Shown: positions 16,301 to 32,205, numbered from the stretch's first letter. The stretch is 64,000 nt of DNA from Eledone cirrhosa (GCA_964016885.1 OZ024745.1:127162001-127226000); one strand, 5' to 3'. Made by a program: numbers and translations. The notes: a model not told the origin generated them from the sequence alone.

Positions 16301-17240
16301 TAATAATTATCATCATCATCATAAGCTAACATTGCTGTTGGCTCAAGTGTACATAGTTTATTAATTGCACTAACTTCACCCAATTAGTTTGTTGCCTAAA
16401 TGCTGCAAATGACACAAATTACCTATCTTATACATGTGTATACAGAGGCGTAAGTGTACACACAATATATGTATGTGTGTGTGTGTATGTGTGTGTGTGA
16501 ATGTATATATATGTGTGTGTGTGTGTGAGTGTGTGTGAGTGTGAGTGTATGAATGTATATATATATGTATGTGTGTGTATATATATGTGTGTATGTGTGT
16601 ATATATATATGCATATATATGTAAATACATATATATATGTGTGTGTGTGTATATATATATATGCATATATATGTAAATACATACATATATATGTGTGTGT
16701 GTATATATATATGCATATATATGTAAATACACATATATATGTGTGTGTGTGTGTATATATATATGCATATATATGTAAATACATACATATATATGTGTGT
16801 GTGTATATATATATATATGCATATATATGTAAATACACATATATATGTGTGTGTGTGTTTGTTTGTTTTCATATACAAAATACTTTTAAATATTTTAAAG
16901 TCTGCAGAAACAGCAGAAACTTTTATTATTGTTTTTGTATCTTTTCCACGCACACACAAACACACACATACACACACACACACATACACATACATACACC
17001 ATATGCACATACATACCCCGTATACACATCAAAACCTCACATATACACACACATGCATAAACACACAGAATCCCATACACACACACACACAAACCACATA
17101 CATACATCGCATACAAGCTCAAACGCTCACTGCCCCCTCCTCCCCCACTCATACACCCTATACCTACCACACCACATACCCCCTTCCCCCCTACATCACA
17201 CACATCACGAACACATACACACACAACAAATGTTCCAGAA

Positions 17241-18321
<1,081 letters not shown>

Positions 18322-18348
18322 ATATACATATATATATATATATAGCAC

Positions 18349-18445
<97 letters not shown>

Positions 18446-18643
18446 TAAATAAATGGCCCGAATCTTCCTTTATCGATTTTAAATCGTATGGTTGATTGTA
18501 GACTTGTTCTATATGTGACGGTATTTTAACGATAGTTATAGCTCTGATTCATCTGAATTATTGAGCCCTCTGCCGCTCATATCGAATTTCGTTTTTCGTG
18601 AACTCGTGCGCCGATTTTTCGATACTCGATCTTTCTAATATAA

Positions 18644-18700
<57 letters not shown>

Positions 18701-18764
18701 TATATATATACATATATATAAATATATATATATATAAATATATATATATACATATATATAAATA

Positions 18765-19325
18765 TTGTTGTTGTTGGTGGTGGTGGTGGTGTTGGTGGTG
18801 GTGGTGGTGGTGGTGGTGGTGGTGTTGTGGTGGTGGTGTTGGTGGTGTTGGTGGTGTTGGTGTTGTGGTGGTGGTGGTGGTGGTGGTGGTGGTGGTGTTG
18901 GTGGTGGTGGTGGTGGTGGTGGTGGTGTTGGTGGTGGTGTGGTGCGGTGTTGTTGTTGTTGGTGGTGTTGGTGGTGGTGGTGGTGGTGGTGGTGTTGGTG
19001 GTGGTGGTGGTGGTGTTGTTGGTGGTGCTGGTGGTGGTGGTGGTGGTGGTAGTGTTGTTGGTGGTGGTGTTGTTGTTGTTGGTGGTGGTGGTGGTGGTAA
19101 TGGTGGTGGTGGCGGTGGTAATGGTGTTGGTGGTGATGGTAGTGATGGGTTTGGAGGTGAAGGTGGTGGTGGTGGATCTATGAATTTGGAAGTAGTGCTG
19201 GTGGTGATGATGGTGATGATGGTGGTGGTGGTGATGATGGTGGTGGCGGTAGTGATGATGGTGCTGATGATGGTGGTGGAGGTTTAGTTGTGGTAGTGGT
19301 GGTGGTGGTGGTGGTGGTGGTGTTT
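18765..19325. repeat. (GGT)n triplet tract (others: (CATA)n 21050-21470, (CAC/TAC)n 61050-61570, G-rich ggaataagcgggg 62550-62750)
   Basis: Direct reading. Confidence 0.9.
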
Positions 19326-21640
19326 TGTTTCATGTTTTGTAAACTGCTGAATATATACGAATGATAGGTTTGTAATTTTATGCCAAGTGGCAACAACAAC
19401 AGCAACAACAACAAGAACAACAACAAGAACAACAACGACAACAACAACAACAACATCGACAACAAAAATGCAGAAACAAATTGATATACAATATTATAAA
19501 CACGAACAAGTAAGGGAACTATGATACGGTTGTTTGGCATGCTAGAAACAGCAGCCAATTTCCCACAAATTACACCCAACCGTGTTAGTAATGGAAGGAC
19601 ACTTTAGACAACGTATTCCTAGATAAACAAGACAAACACGATATAGTAAGCAGAACACCTCATATCTTACACCTGCTAAATCAGTGCAGACCTGGAGCTA
19701 AATAACAATAATTGTTTCTACGTTTGGCACAAGGCCAGCAATTATCCCAGTGCATTACTGGTACTTTATTTTATCGACCTCGTAAGGATGAAAGGCAAAG
19801 TTAACCTCGGCGGGATTTGAACTCAGAATGGCAAGGGCCGTAACCCTATACGTCAAAGCATGGCGTCCGACCCTCTACCGATACTGCCAATCCATAATAT
19901 TAGCAACAACGCTCCAGAGCCAATAGTTCTCCGAATTGAGAGATCACAGCTCCCATACTTTGGATATGGGGTTAGAATCGCTGGACAGAGATTTTACGGG
20001 CGAAACCAACAGGTAGGCGACTCAGGGTTAGAGCCCCGAGCAAGATGGCTGGGTAACATTCATGAGCTTGGCTAGTCTAGTTGGGGATCCAGCTGGATCA
20101 GTTAGAGACGGTTGCCTCTGACAGGACCCGCTGGAAGGAGTGTTTGAGGACTCTACCCCCACGAGTCTCTCAGGAATAAATGAGCGGAGAAGAAGAAGAG
20201 AAGATATCAATAACATTAGCAACAATAACAGCAATGGATTTACAGTATCGGTGGAGCATCGGACAACATGCTTTATGGCGTAGAGTACGGCCATTTACGA
20301 TCTGAGTTTAAATCCTGCCGAGGTTAGCTTTGCCTTTCATCTTTATGAGGTCGATAAATAAAGTACCAGTAATGCACTGGGGTTGATTTAATCGACTTTC
20401 CCCTCCCCCAAAAATTTGCTAACCTTGTGCCTATATAAGAAACCATTATTTTGTGGTTGAGTAGAGTGGTAGATTGGCAGTATCGGTAGAGCGTCGGACA
20501 CTCTACTTTGTGGCAAAGAGTTACGGCCCTTTACGGTCTGATTTCAAATCCCACCGAGGTTAGCTTTGCCTTTCATCCTTACGTGGTCGATAAAACAAAG
20601 TACCAGTAATGCACTGGGGTCGATTTAATCGACTTTCCTCCCCCCCCCCCCCAAAAAAAAAATTGTTGGCCTTGTGTCTAAATCAGAAAGCAATATTTAC
20701 AATAATATAAACACTAACAACATAGAAGAAAAGATAACAAAAGACACATGAGACAATGACAAAACAATGCCACATGTTTCTACATACATGTAAGCTTGTG
20801 TACATGTAAACAAAGACCTAGATATATAAATATGAATGTAGACATATATATACACACAAAATTTAGATACAGATATATGTCCATGAACTCATTCTGTTGC
20901 ACACGAATACATACATTCACAAAATTGAAAAAAACGCTTACATAAACGTATATTGTTAAACGCATACAGAAAATCATGTAGACCTCATACATATATATTA
21001 TATTATACATGGTACATTGAAATACATACACGGACACAAGTACACGCAAATACATACATACAAACATACATGCATGCATACATACATACAAACATACATA
21101 CATACAAACATACATACATACATACAAACATACATACATGCATACATACATACATACATACATACATACAAACATACAAACATACATACATACAAACATA
21201 CATACATACATACATACAAACATACATACATACAAACATACATACAAACATACATACATACATACATACATACATACATACATACATACAAACATACATA
21301 CAAACATACATACAAACATACATACATACATACAAACATACATACATACATACATACATACAAACATACATACATACATACATACAAACATACATACATA
21401 CATACAAACATACATACATACATACAAATATACATACATACATACAAACATACATACATACATACAAACATATATGTGTGATTAGATGATGAGCATCATC
21501 TAATCACACGCTATTTATCCACGACAATACAAATCTCCCTCCCTAATGCTTTACACTATAAAATGTATTCCTCCTTGTCTCTCTATCCTTGATCAATTCT
21601 CTTTTGCTTTCTAAGTCAGGGCATGTCATGCATCATCTTA

Positions 21641-21703
21641 TTTTATCTGATGAGGACGTACTGTTGAAGATAGCTCAGTACCTCTGAAATATGTATAATA
21701 AAA
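21641..21703 (+). ncRNA. Type I hammerhead motif (family B, diverged copy)
   Basis: TTTTAT CTGATGA GGACGTACTG ttgaagatagct CAGTACCTCT GAAA TATGTA TA ATAAAA. Loop II differs from the 7371 copy while stems and core are kept. Confidence 0.8.
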
Positions 21704-21779
21704 TATACTTGATCACACGAATATCTGTTTTGTTAATATTTTGAATTAATATATGCATGCATGTATGTATGTATGTATG

Positions 21780-21856
<77 letters not shown>

Positions 21857-22044
21857 GGGTTACATATAAAACCTGTCGCAGAAAACTGCCAAGCATGAAA
21901 CTAATAATGACTGAAGATTAAACTTCCATTAAAACAATAATTAAATTTAGCTTCACTTACACATACCATTTCCCCTTCTCTCTCTCTCTTTATCACGTAT
22001 GTATGTGTGTGTGTGTGTGTATGTATTTATGTATGTGTGTATAT

Positions 22045-22120
<76 letters not shown>

Positions 22121-22395
22121 CCATATACAAATATATACCTATATATTTCTATATATATATATATATTCATATATAAATTATATATAAGTGTATGTATTAT
22201 GAATGGATGTGTGTGTGTGTCTGTGTGCGCGTGTGTGTGATTATGTGTAATGGATGTAAAGTAGAAAAGAGAAAGGTTAGAAAGACAATAATGTAGTAAA
22301 GTGTCTGTAAGATGAGAACGGTGGGACCAAATATTAGAGTGGATAGCTGGGGTTAACAGTGAGAATTACTTAAACCTTATCTCTGTTTATAGTAG

Positions 22396-22455
<60 letters not shown>

Positions 22456-22590
22456 TCTCACGCACATATATACACAAACACACATATACACGCACACATA
22501 TACACATACATACAAATATCCATTTGACCATCTGTCTATCTTCCTTCTCTCTGTGGATATACAACATGTATGTGTGGTGTTTGTATGTGA

Positions 22591-22624
<34 letters not shown>

Positions 22625-22757
22625 GTATGTATATATGTATATATATAAAGCCAAGTTCATGACGAACATCAACTCTTTCAAATGCTGTGAATCAGAAATT
22701 GGTCAAGACCATCTAAAACATTTGTTATGCCACCCCTACCTCTTTGATATGAAAACA

Positions 22758-23180
22758 GCAATGATCAACTACAAAGTGTATACAATGATCAACTACAAAG
22801 TGTATACAATGATCAACTACAAAGTGTATACAATGATCAACTACAAAGTGTATACAATGATCAACTACAAAGTGTATACAATGATCAACTACAAAGTGTA
22901 TACAATGATCAACTACAAAGTGTATACAATGATCAACTACAAAGTGTATACAAATTGGTGTATAGGTGGTGCCAGATACACAATAATATGTGGAGGAAGA
23001 GGTGAGACAGGAGTTTCTGATAGTAATGTGTACCATATAGGTGGTGCCAGATACACAATAATATGTGGAGGAGGAGATGAGACAGGAGTTTCTGATAGTA
23101 ATGTGTACATATAGGTGGTGCCAGATACACAATAACATGTGTGGAGGAGATGAGACGAGTTTCTGAAAGTAATGTGTATC
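22758..23180. repeat. Adjacent minisatellites: 24 bp x8, then about 75 bp x3
   Basis: caatgatcaactacaaagtgtata; ataggtggtgccagatacacaataa... Confidence 0.95.
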
Positions 23181-23567
23181 AAAGTTACCTTGATGTAAAA
23201 GTAATAAAGTAAAGCCTGAAGTTTGTTCTCATTGATATCATTTTCAAATGAACCCCTTAAATATTCAAATTGCCCTCCTGTGGGGTGTGCGCCCCACGCT
23301 GCGAATCACTGGTCTAGACGAACTGACTGTTTGTGAAACTGATTGACGTGTTGATTATTTAACGATCAGAAGATGAGACTGAAAGTATGGCAATGACAAG
23401 TTTCTCGCTAATGTTGCTTTGTGGCCCCTTAGGCTCTTTCGTCCGTATTCACTTAGATTTTAGTTTGGTACAGAGTCCATCGTGTCAGTCTCAGGAAAAG
23501 CAGTTTTGATCTGAAGCAGGATTGCTTTCTAAAAATGGGTTATTTTTCAGCAGGATAGCCTTGGAAT

Positions 23568-25100
23568 TATTTATGTTAAATCCATTACTATGGTTACCAT
23601 ACTATTATATACTATTTATGTTAAATCCATTACTATGGTTACCATACTATTATATACTATTTATGTTAAATCCATTACTATGGTCACCATACTATTATAT
23701 ACTATTTATGGTAATTCTATTACTATGGTCACCATACTATTATATACTATTTATGGTAATTCCATTACTATGGTCACCATACTATTATATACTATTTATG
23801 GTAATTCCATTACTATGGTCACCTTACTATTATATTCTATTTATAGTAATTCCATACTATGGTCACCATACTATTATATACTATTTATGGTAATTCTATT
23901 ACTATGGTCACCATACTATTATATACTATTTATGGTAATTCTATTACTATGGTCACCTTACTATTATATACTATTTATAGTAATTCCATTACTATGGTCA
24001 CCATACTATTATATACTATTTATAGTAATTCCATTACTATGGTCACCATACTATTATATACTATTTATAGTAATTCCATTACTATGGTCACCATACTATT
24101 ATATACTATTTATAGTAATTCCATTACTATGGTCACCATACTATTATATACTATTTATCGTAATTCTATTACTATGGTCACCATACTATTATATACTATT
24201 TATAGTAATTCCATTACTATGGTCACCATACTATTATATACTATTTATAGTAATTCCATTACTATGGTCACCATACTATTATATACTATTTATCGTAATT
24301 CTATTACTATGGTCACCATACTATTATATACTATTTATAGTAATTCCATTACTATGGTCACCATACTATTATATATTATTTATTCTGAGTTCAAATCCCG
24401 TCGAGGTTAACTTTGCCTTTTATCCTTACGGGGTCGATAAAATAAAGTACCAGTAATGCACTGGGTAATTGCTGGCCTTGTGCCAAAAATAGAAACAATT
24501 ATTTATGTTAATTCCTTTACTGTGGTCAACATACTATTATATACTATTTATGATCCGATTACTGTGGTCAGTATACTATTATATACTATTTATGGCGATT
24601 CCATTACTATGGTCAGTATACTGTTATATACTATTTATGGCGATTCCATTACTGTGGTCAGTATACTATTATATACTATTTATGGCGATTCCATTACTGT
24701 GGTCAGCATACTGTTATATACTATTTATGGCGATTCCATTACTGTGGTCAGCATACTGTTATATACTATTTATGGCGATTCCATTACTGTGGTCAGTATA
24801 CTGTTATATACTATTTATGGCGATTCCATTACTGTGGTCAGCATACTGTTATATACTATTTATGGCGATTCCATTACTGTGGTCAGCATACTGTTATATA
24901 CTATTTATGGCGATTCCATTACTGTGGTCAGTATACTATTATATACTATTTATGGCGATTCCATTACTGTGGTCAGTATACTATTATATACTATTTATGG
25001 CGATTCCATTACTGTGGTCAGTATACTGTTATATACTATTTATGGCGATTCCATTACTGTGGTCAGTATGTTGCTATATATTTCTTAGGTCAGTATACTA
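23568..25100. repeat. 45-bp minisatellite in two variant blocks split by a SINE
   Basis: ccattactatggtcaccatactattatatactatttat... left; ggcgattccattactgtggtcag... right. Confidence 0.95.
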
Positions 25101-26089
25101 AAACATAATTTTGGTAGAGACTTTGACGGATTAGTTTTGGATTCTCTAATGTATAGATATCGCTGGTAGAGACACGTGGGTTAGTGGTTAGAGTGTTTGG
25201 CTAACTATAATAAAGTCGAGGGCTTGACGCTTGGACCAAGCAGCGCGTTATTTTCTTGAGCAAGACACTTGATTTCGCGTTTTTCATGATAAGGATGGCG
25301 CCTTTATTAAAACTCCCGGGAAACCTTGTAGAAAGTTAGCTAAACCTACATAAGTTTGAGCTGTAAAGTTCATTTCATGCTTTTTGTGTTAGAAGCTTTT
25401 TGCAATAGGATCTCAACATATGGAATAAACTTCTGGAAGCTACGATTGAATCATTTCAACGGACTGAATTCTTCTTTTCAAAAGCCAAATACTGAAATAC
25501 CATGTGTTGCGTTGTGTGTGTATGTTAGTGTGTGTGTGATGTGTGAATGTGTGTGTGTGGGGGTGCGTGTATGTTGCGTTGTGTGTGTGCGTCTGAGTGT
25601 GTGTGTGTACGTGTGTGGGGGTGCATGTGTGTTGCGTTGTGCGCGTGTGTGTGTGTTGCGTTGTGTGTGTGTGTGTGTGTGTTGGTGGGTGGATGTGGGT
25701 GTATGGGTGTGTGTGTTACGTTGTGTGTGGGTATATGTATGTGTGTATGTGTGGATGGGTGTATGTGTGTGTGTGCGTGCGCGCGTGTGTGTGTGTGTAT
25801 ATATGTAAGTGTGTGTGTGGAAGAAGGCGTTTGCTTATTTAGATTTGTCTGTTGAGGCCGACGTTTTCTTTCCTCCGGAAGGATGGAATAAGTTCTAATA
25901 AGTTAGATTGTTTTTAGTCGGCTTTGCTCGCCCAAACGAAGTGCGTAGTTTTGTATTAATGTAAGAAACTGTTATTTCTAGAAGCAAGTATCATCATTGC
26001 TTGCTTTCATAAATATCTTAAATCAATATTTTCAACTGCATCTACAAAGACTCAGGTTGAAATCTAGGACCAACATAAGTTAGTCATAG

Positions 26090-26750
26090 TTTTGCGTTTC
26101 AGAAAATAATTTAGGGCACGAATAACTGCGACATGTTCTCTGCCCCCAGCCTTGTCGCTTCTGCCACAAAGCGGGCACTGTCGTTCGAAGTGCAGAAAAG
26201 TGAAAGATATCCAAATACTGAGACATGGTTGACCGTTTTCTTTTCAAACTGATCGCCGTCGAAAGATGTCCTCCGTCTCCGAACTGCCGTTTTCCTACGT
26301 AAAATTGAGAGAATTCCATTCTGCTTAAGGAAGGAGCCCTGTGAGGTGGAGTGTTGCTGGATGTTCTACGTGGGATAGAATTGAGATATATCAACTAGAC
26401 GGGGGTTAGACTCTGCACCTTCACTTCTACCTACTTTCATGATTTCATTCTTTTTATTTCAAACATTATACAATTTTATTGAAATTTGTTGAATATTTTT
26501 TTAAAATTTGAGTATTATATAAGGTTCAATGTAAAGTTACAATGTTCAACCATTGAGTAGTTAAATGGGGATTATAAAGACTGAACTCTTTCGGATTAGC
26601 TTTACTGCATTTCTGACAATAATATCTGTTAACGCTCCTTTAGAGTTCCTTTGTCTGGCTACTTTTTCTAAACCCTTTTCCTGGGAATATTTTCCAAGAG
26701 ATGGCAACATGAATGGACCTATGGACCCGTTATTTTTCTCTAAAAGCATT
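26090..26750 (-). pseudogene. Possible highly decayed LINE ORF1 (gag-like zinc knuckle) relic
   Basis: Across frameshifts: GPF..., VTLH*TL, FGYLSLFC, CPLCG, GG.EHVA, SCP, in the order seen in I/Nimb-type ORF1. Confidence 0.35.
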
Positions 26751-26802
26751 TTTTAAAATTCCATCCCGCCCTTACCTTCAATCTTTCTAATTTCTCATTC
26801 TT

Positions 26803-26838
26803 TCTTCTGATGAAGGACTAGCGTCCGAAACGTTAAGA
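26803..26838 (+). ncRNA. Minimal hammerhead motif (family A, best copy)
   Basis: TCTT CTGATGA A GGAC tagc GTCC GAAA CG TT AAGA. Perfect stems I and II; loop-less ACGT stem III can only form in a dimer. Confidence 0.8.
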
Positions 26839-26951
26839 CCCGCTTCCTGTTATATCAAGCGTTAACCTAATATATTCCTTCCATATATTGTACCGATTGT
26901 GTTGTTATTTCTGTTTACCTTTTACGTATACATATATATATATATATATAT

Positions 26952-27005
<54 letters not shown>

Positions 27006-27014
27006 ATGCGCGCA

Positions 27015-27050
<36 letters not shown>

Positions 27051-27135
27051 TGTGTGTGTAAAAGGCAAACAGAAATAATAAAGCAAATGACACAGTACAA
27101 TAAAGAAATATATTTTTAGCTTTACGCTTGATATA

Positions 27136-27188
<53 letters not shown>

Positions 27189-27610
27189 ATATATAATTGT
27201 ATAGAGGTGCGGTTATTATGACCTGTCAGTTGTAGACGAATGTTTAGTTGACAGTAAACGTTTCCATTGGCTACTGTAGTCCGGCATCGTACGTTTTAAG
27301 GTTTTAGATTTAAAGCGGGCTTTGTTTTAGATAACTATAAAGAAGCCATTGCAAATGATAAATATCAACTTACTTAACTATCATAGGATTGTGTTGGAGT
27401 TTACAATTGTGGCTTTTTTAGTCTAAGAACATTGTCTCGAAATTTCAGTGGAAACGAGAAATGTGGAGTTGAAAAAGGTCTTTCGTAATGGCGTTAGCAC
27501 TATAAGTACAGTGACGTAGCTTCAACTAGAAGCGGAACCCACTCTATATCACACTTCTTCTATCAAGTTATTCGCCTGAAATTAATATTCTTATGGCATG
27601 TAAACACAAT

Positions 27611-28163
27611 GCAACGAATCCCTCGTTAATATGCCTCAGCGATTAGCCCTAATATGAATTGTTTCTATCTCTATCCAATCTGACTTCTGAAAGTTTATCC
27701 TCCGAGCTAGCTGTGTATCATCTATTCTAAACACTCCTGATACACTCTGTTAGATTGGGTTAGACATGCTCATTTATTTATTTCATGGCATTCGTTACAT
27801 AACCATTTATTATATTTAATCAGAGAAAGAAAGACAACACATATAGTCTATATACGCTTTCTCAGATTGGTTAGGTTAATATAGTTGGTATTTAACTCGC
27901 AATTCTATAGGTTAATGTATGTGGGAAAAACCTTAGTCAGACGAGTGATGAATTTCAGTGGACTTCATCATTGATGAATTGAGCAAAATATTTCGTGTGG
28001 ATTTCAGAGAATAAAACCACATAAGAGAGGAAGACCGACTGCATTGAGAGTGTTCAGAAGAGTTGATACACAGCTAGCTAGGATAGATTTTCAGAAGAGG
28101 TAGGGATAGAAACAACGCATATTAGGGCTAATCGCTGTAGCATATTAACGAGGGATCCGGTGC
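27611..28163. repeat. Diverged long inverted repeat (about 125-bp arms), possible foldback MITE
   Basis: atccctcgttaatatgc..agcgattagccctaatatg..agctagctgtgtatca versus its reverse complement at 28043-28163; no TSD found. Confidence 0.7.
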
Positions 28164-29605
28164 TCACCAGCCAGATGGCTATTTTTATGTGCAGTATAAT
28201 ACCTTTTCTGTATTTAACACCACCACCATCATCTCATATATATGTAATACTTAAATGTGGATTGCACTTAAGCTTTAAAGAAAGTCTAAAGTTAGTAGTA
28301 TGTTTTGTCCTTGGAGAGAAGGTCTAGTTTTTCTGATGTTGTTTTGAAAATGATTTATTTGTGAGGTCGCCATGCTAAATTATGATAGATTATGAAGCTT
28401 AAATTTTGTAGCAACTTTGGACAAAAGAGGGAATAAACGTAGTGTCGTTATTTACATGAGTAAAATGTACATAAATAGAGATATGATCTTGAATGGTATT
28501 CAAATATGAAGAATATTAATACATGTAATATACAGTACAGTGATATCTCGATTAGCGTGTTAAATTCGTTTCCTAATTCATTAGCAAACTAAACAGCGCT
28601 ATATGGATCACTATTAAATAGCAATGAGGTTAATGCACGTTCCGCAATTATGGTGACTACATTTTTTACTGTTAGTGTTGTGTTTGTGGTGGGTAATTTG
28701 GCACCGGTAATTAGTTAATTAGTTTTTAACGGATTTTGGTTGTATTTTGCTTTTGATTATTTTATGTTTCGGGTGCTTTTTTTCATTCTTGGGTCTTGTC
28801 TCCATAGTGGGATATTCTCGCGGATAATGTTGTATGCCTCTACATTTCTTGTTTAAATATAGGAGAGAATATTGGATGTAACTGACGCTTTTTTGTATTT
28901 TTCGTAATTCTTGAATATCTATTACTTTGGCACTTTCTACTCCGATATCTATTAATAATTCTTTCTACTTTTGGCACAAGGCCAATTATTACCCCAGTGC
29001 ATTACTGGTGCTCTATTTCATCAACCCCGTAAGGATGAAAGGCAAAGTTAACCTCGGCGGGATTTTAACTCAGAACGTAAAAGGTCATAACTCTATGCTG
29101 CAAAGCATGGTGTCTGACGTTCTACCGATACTGCCAATCCAACGTTGTCTATTAATAATGATGAATATCGTCTTTCGAGTAGGATTTCTTTTAATTTTTG
29201 GTGTCTTTTATTCCCGGTTTCATAATTTGGGCAAATTCTTCTTGCTAGATTAAATGGGATATTTGTTTTTGTATGTGTTGAATGGTTTGAGGTGAAGAGT
29301 AAATTGTGTTTAGAATGTGTTGGTTTGTGGTTGATGCCAGTTTGAAAGTGTGTGTCATGTTTGTGTCTTTTTATTATTAGAATGTATTGGCAGCTGGCCT
29401 TCACTAAATTCCATTGGGAATTGGATTTCATCCTTACGGGGTCGATAAAATAAAGTACCAGTAATGCACTCGGATAATTGGTGGCCTTGTGCCAAAAGTA
29501 TAAACAATTATTTATACAGTTAATGGGCAATGGACTTTGTGATTGCATCAAAAACTCAAGTAGTACCTGGTATATGGCAACTACAAATTTGATTCATTCC
29601 TAATA

Positions 29606-29649
<44 letters not shown>

Positions 29650-29958
29650 AGTGGAAGCTTAGTAAAATCGAAGCTTTGCTGTGGGCCAGCAAAGTCGACC
29701 TACAAGAAGGAATGAGTAGCAAAGCACTCAATAAGGGTAGGTCCTTAGAGTAATAACATACGTTTAAATAGCTTGACAAATTGAAAATTGCGGCAGGCAA
29801 AACCCAACCTTACAGTACCAAACTAACGAAAGAACTAATCAGGTTAAACAACAAACCTGGACAGATCGAACGATATTCTGCAATACGTCCGATATGTTTA
29901 TATGAATCCGAAATCATCAATGCAACTTACGTAACACGTAAGCTTGTGGTGTTCCATG

Positions 29959-30022
<64 letters not shown>

Positions 30023-30816
30023 CCTCACCAACTCAACAAAGACCATACCTTTAACATGGAAAAAAAGATTTGTTATGTTAGCTTATAACCATATCAGGGA
30101 TGTTTAGAGTGGCAATTACGTAAGTCAGTTAAAAGTGGCTGAAAAGAAAAAGTCTCAAAACTTCTTGAGTGTACTTCGTAAATCATATTTTCTCTCGCTA
30201 TTTGCTCAACACAGCATGGTATCAGTTTATATTCGATATATAGACGATAATTAGCCCAAGAGAATAAGAGGATATAAATAAATTATAATCTATCAGGAAT
30301 TATCTTAATGCGAACAATATCTAACATGGTACATTTGTAAACAATTTCAGATTAAAATCAACAATGAACCCACTGAGAACATTAGAAACATGTATTGCTT
30401 GATTGCTGGACAAATATTTACTCACCGGTCTTTCGGAACTCAAGTAATTTGATACAGATTCCCAACTGCTTTGAAAGCTAGGCATGGTCTTTCCACGAAT
30501 ATTATACCAGCTTGATTGTATGTATGTATGTATGTATGTATGTATGAATGTATGTATGTATGTATGTATGTATGTATGTATGTATGTATGTATGTATGTT
30601 CTTCTGGTTTTATAATTTCACAAAGTTTTACCAATAGAGAGAGAGAGTCGGTTTCTAACATAGACACAAGACTCTCTCATTGGAATTTACACAACATCAA
30701 CTAGGTAGATATGTATGTATGCATGCATGTGTTATTGTATGTGTGGATGTGTATGTTTTGAGTTGTATGTGTGTATGTGTATATGCTTTGTACCTGTACA
30801 TGTGTATATGTAGTTA

Positions 30817-31135
30817 TTAGATGCAACATTTTTGGAATGTTTTACATATTTTTACTGTTCCATCAATGGATTGTACTTGTAATTTCCTAACTAGTTGTGT
30901 TCTTTCTGTTCCTGTGAAGCCTAGCTTCTCAATATTTGTATTGAGGCAATTACTAACATATGCCAGTGCCCCAATAATCACAGGCATAAATCTGAAGGTG
31001 TAATCAGGGTGGAGTATCTGCAGATTTCTCATCAGTTCTGCATAAATATTCTCCTTTTCACTAATCTTTGATATTATATTGGCATCTGCTGGGCAGCTAA
31101 TTTCCACTACTGTGCATGTTTTCTTCTCCTTTACA
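30817..31135 (-). mobile_element. R4/Dong-like non-LTR retrotransposon, restriction-like endonuclease C-terminus
   Basis: KTCTVVEISCPADANI..K..EKENIYAEL...PVIIGALA...GTVKICKTF. Confidence 0.8.
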
Positions 31136-32152
31136 CTTTCGACAAACAGCAATTTTAGCGAAGTGAATATGCTTTCATTAGGGAGATCTAATGGTGTAGG
31201 GGTATATACGTTAGTTCCACTAAATTGGCTTATAGACAATGTCTGCTTCTACTGAATTCTCTAAATTGTTACAAAATACTTCGATCAGCCCAGACTGTAA
31301 GAATTCTTTCCCTTGTTTGCTTGCTCTTCATAATTTTAACCCCCTGAAGGGAGTTTCGGTCTTGAAATTGAGAGCATAATTTCATTTGATTGAAATATTT
31401 TCCCACTCACCATATCCAGACTTAGTTCTCTTAATCTCAGAAGATATCCTGATTTATCGATAGGTTATGTGCCAGTAACTCATATAAACAACTCAAAAAA
31501 CATTTTCTCACACATTTTATATGAGAAATGTTAAGTATTGTTCCAACAACAGCTGTGCCAAATTTTTCGACATTATGTTATTGAGAAGTATTTGGTAACA
31601 ATAAACCTTTTCTTATTAGTATTCCATGTCCTATAAATATTTATAAAAATGTCATACAAATTTTATAAAAACTATTTTCTGAATATAATGTAACTAATTG
31701 TTTGTTTGTTTGTTTATTCATTCCCTTGTGGCTTCTGCAGTCATTATTTCCCTAGTGACGTTTATCAAGTGGTAGCAAAACATTAAAAGCCAGTTAAGCA
31801 AATTGTGTAAATTTGAATGAACCAGCGTACTGCACTAACATCGTCTCCTCATCCACACGTACTTAGTCTGTAATCTATATACTACTAAAACTTTGTGATT
31901 ATTTGCTTGTCTGTAATGTAATACAGCCAAAAAGGCGCATAATGGGAAAATACTTTGAAAGAAAGTTGCCCCTAAAATGGGAATACAAATGGAATAAAAC
32001 AAGTTTCCCGAGGTATGGGGTTTTCTGTGTACCTTCATTAATAGAGAGAAGGATAGAGAGAAATAGATAGTGGTTTTGAGAGTGTAGATTGAGAGAGAAA
32101 CATAGAGAGAGGGAGAGAGAAGGAGACAGAGAAGGAGAATGGAAGAGAGAGA

Positions 32153-32205
<53 letters not shown>

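Noticed and set aside
23522-25101. Repetitive hydrophobic ORFs; CRISPR-like periodicity
   Set aside because: 45-bp tandem minisatellite with no unique spacers and no cas genes; eukaryotic context.
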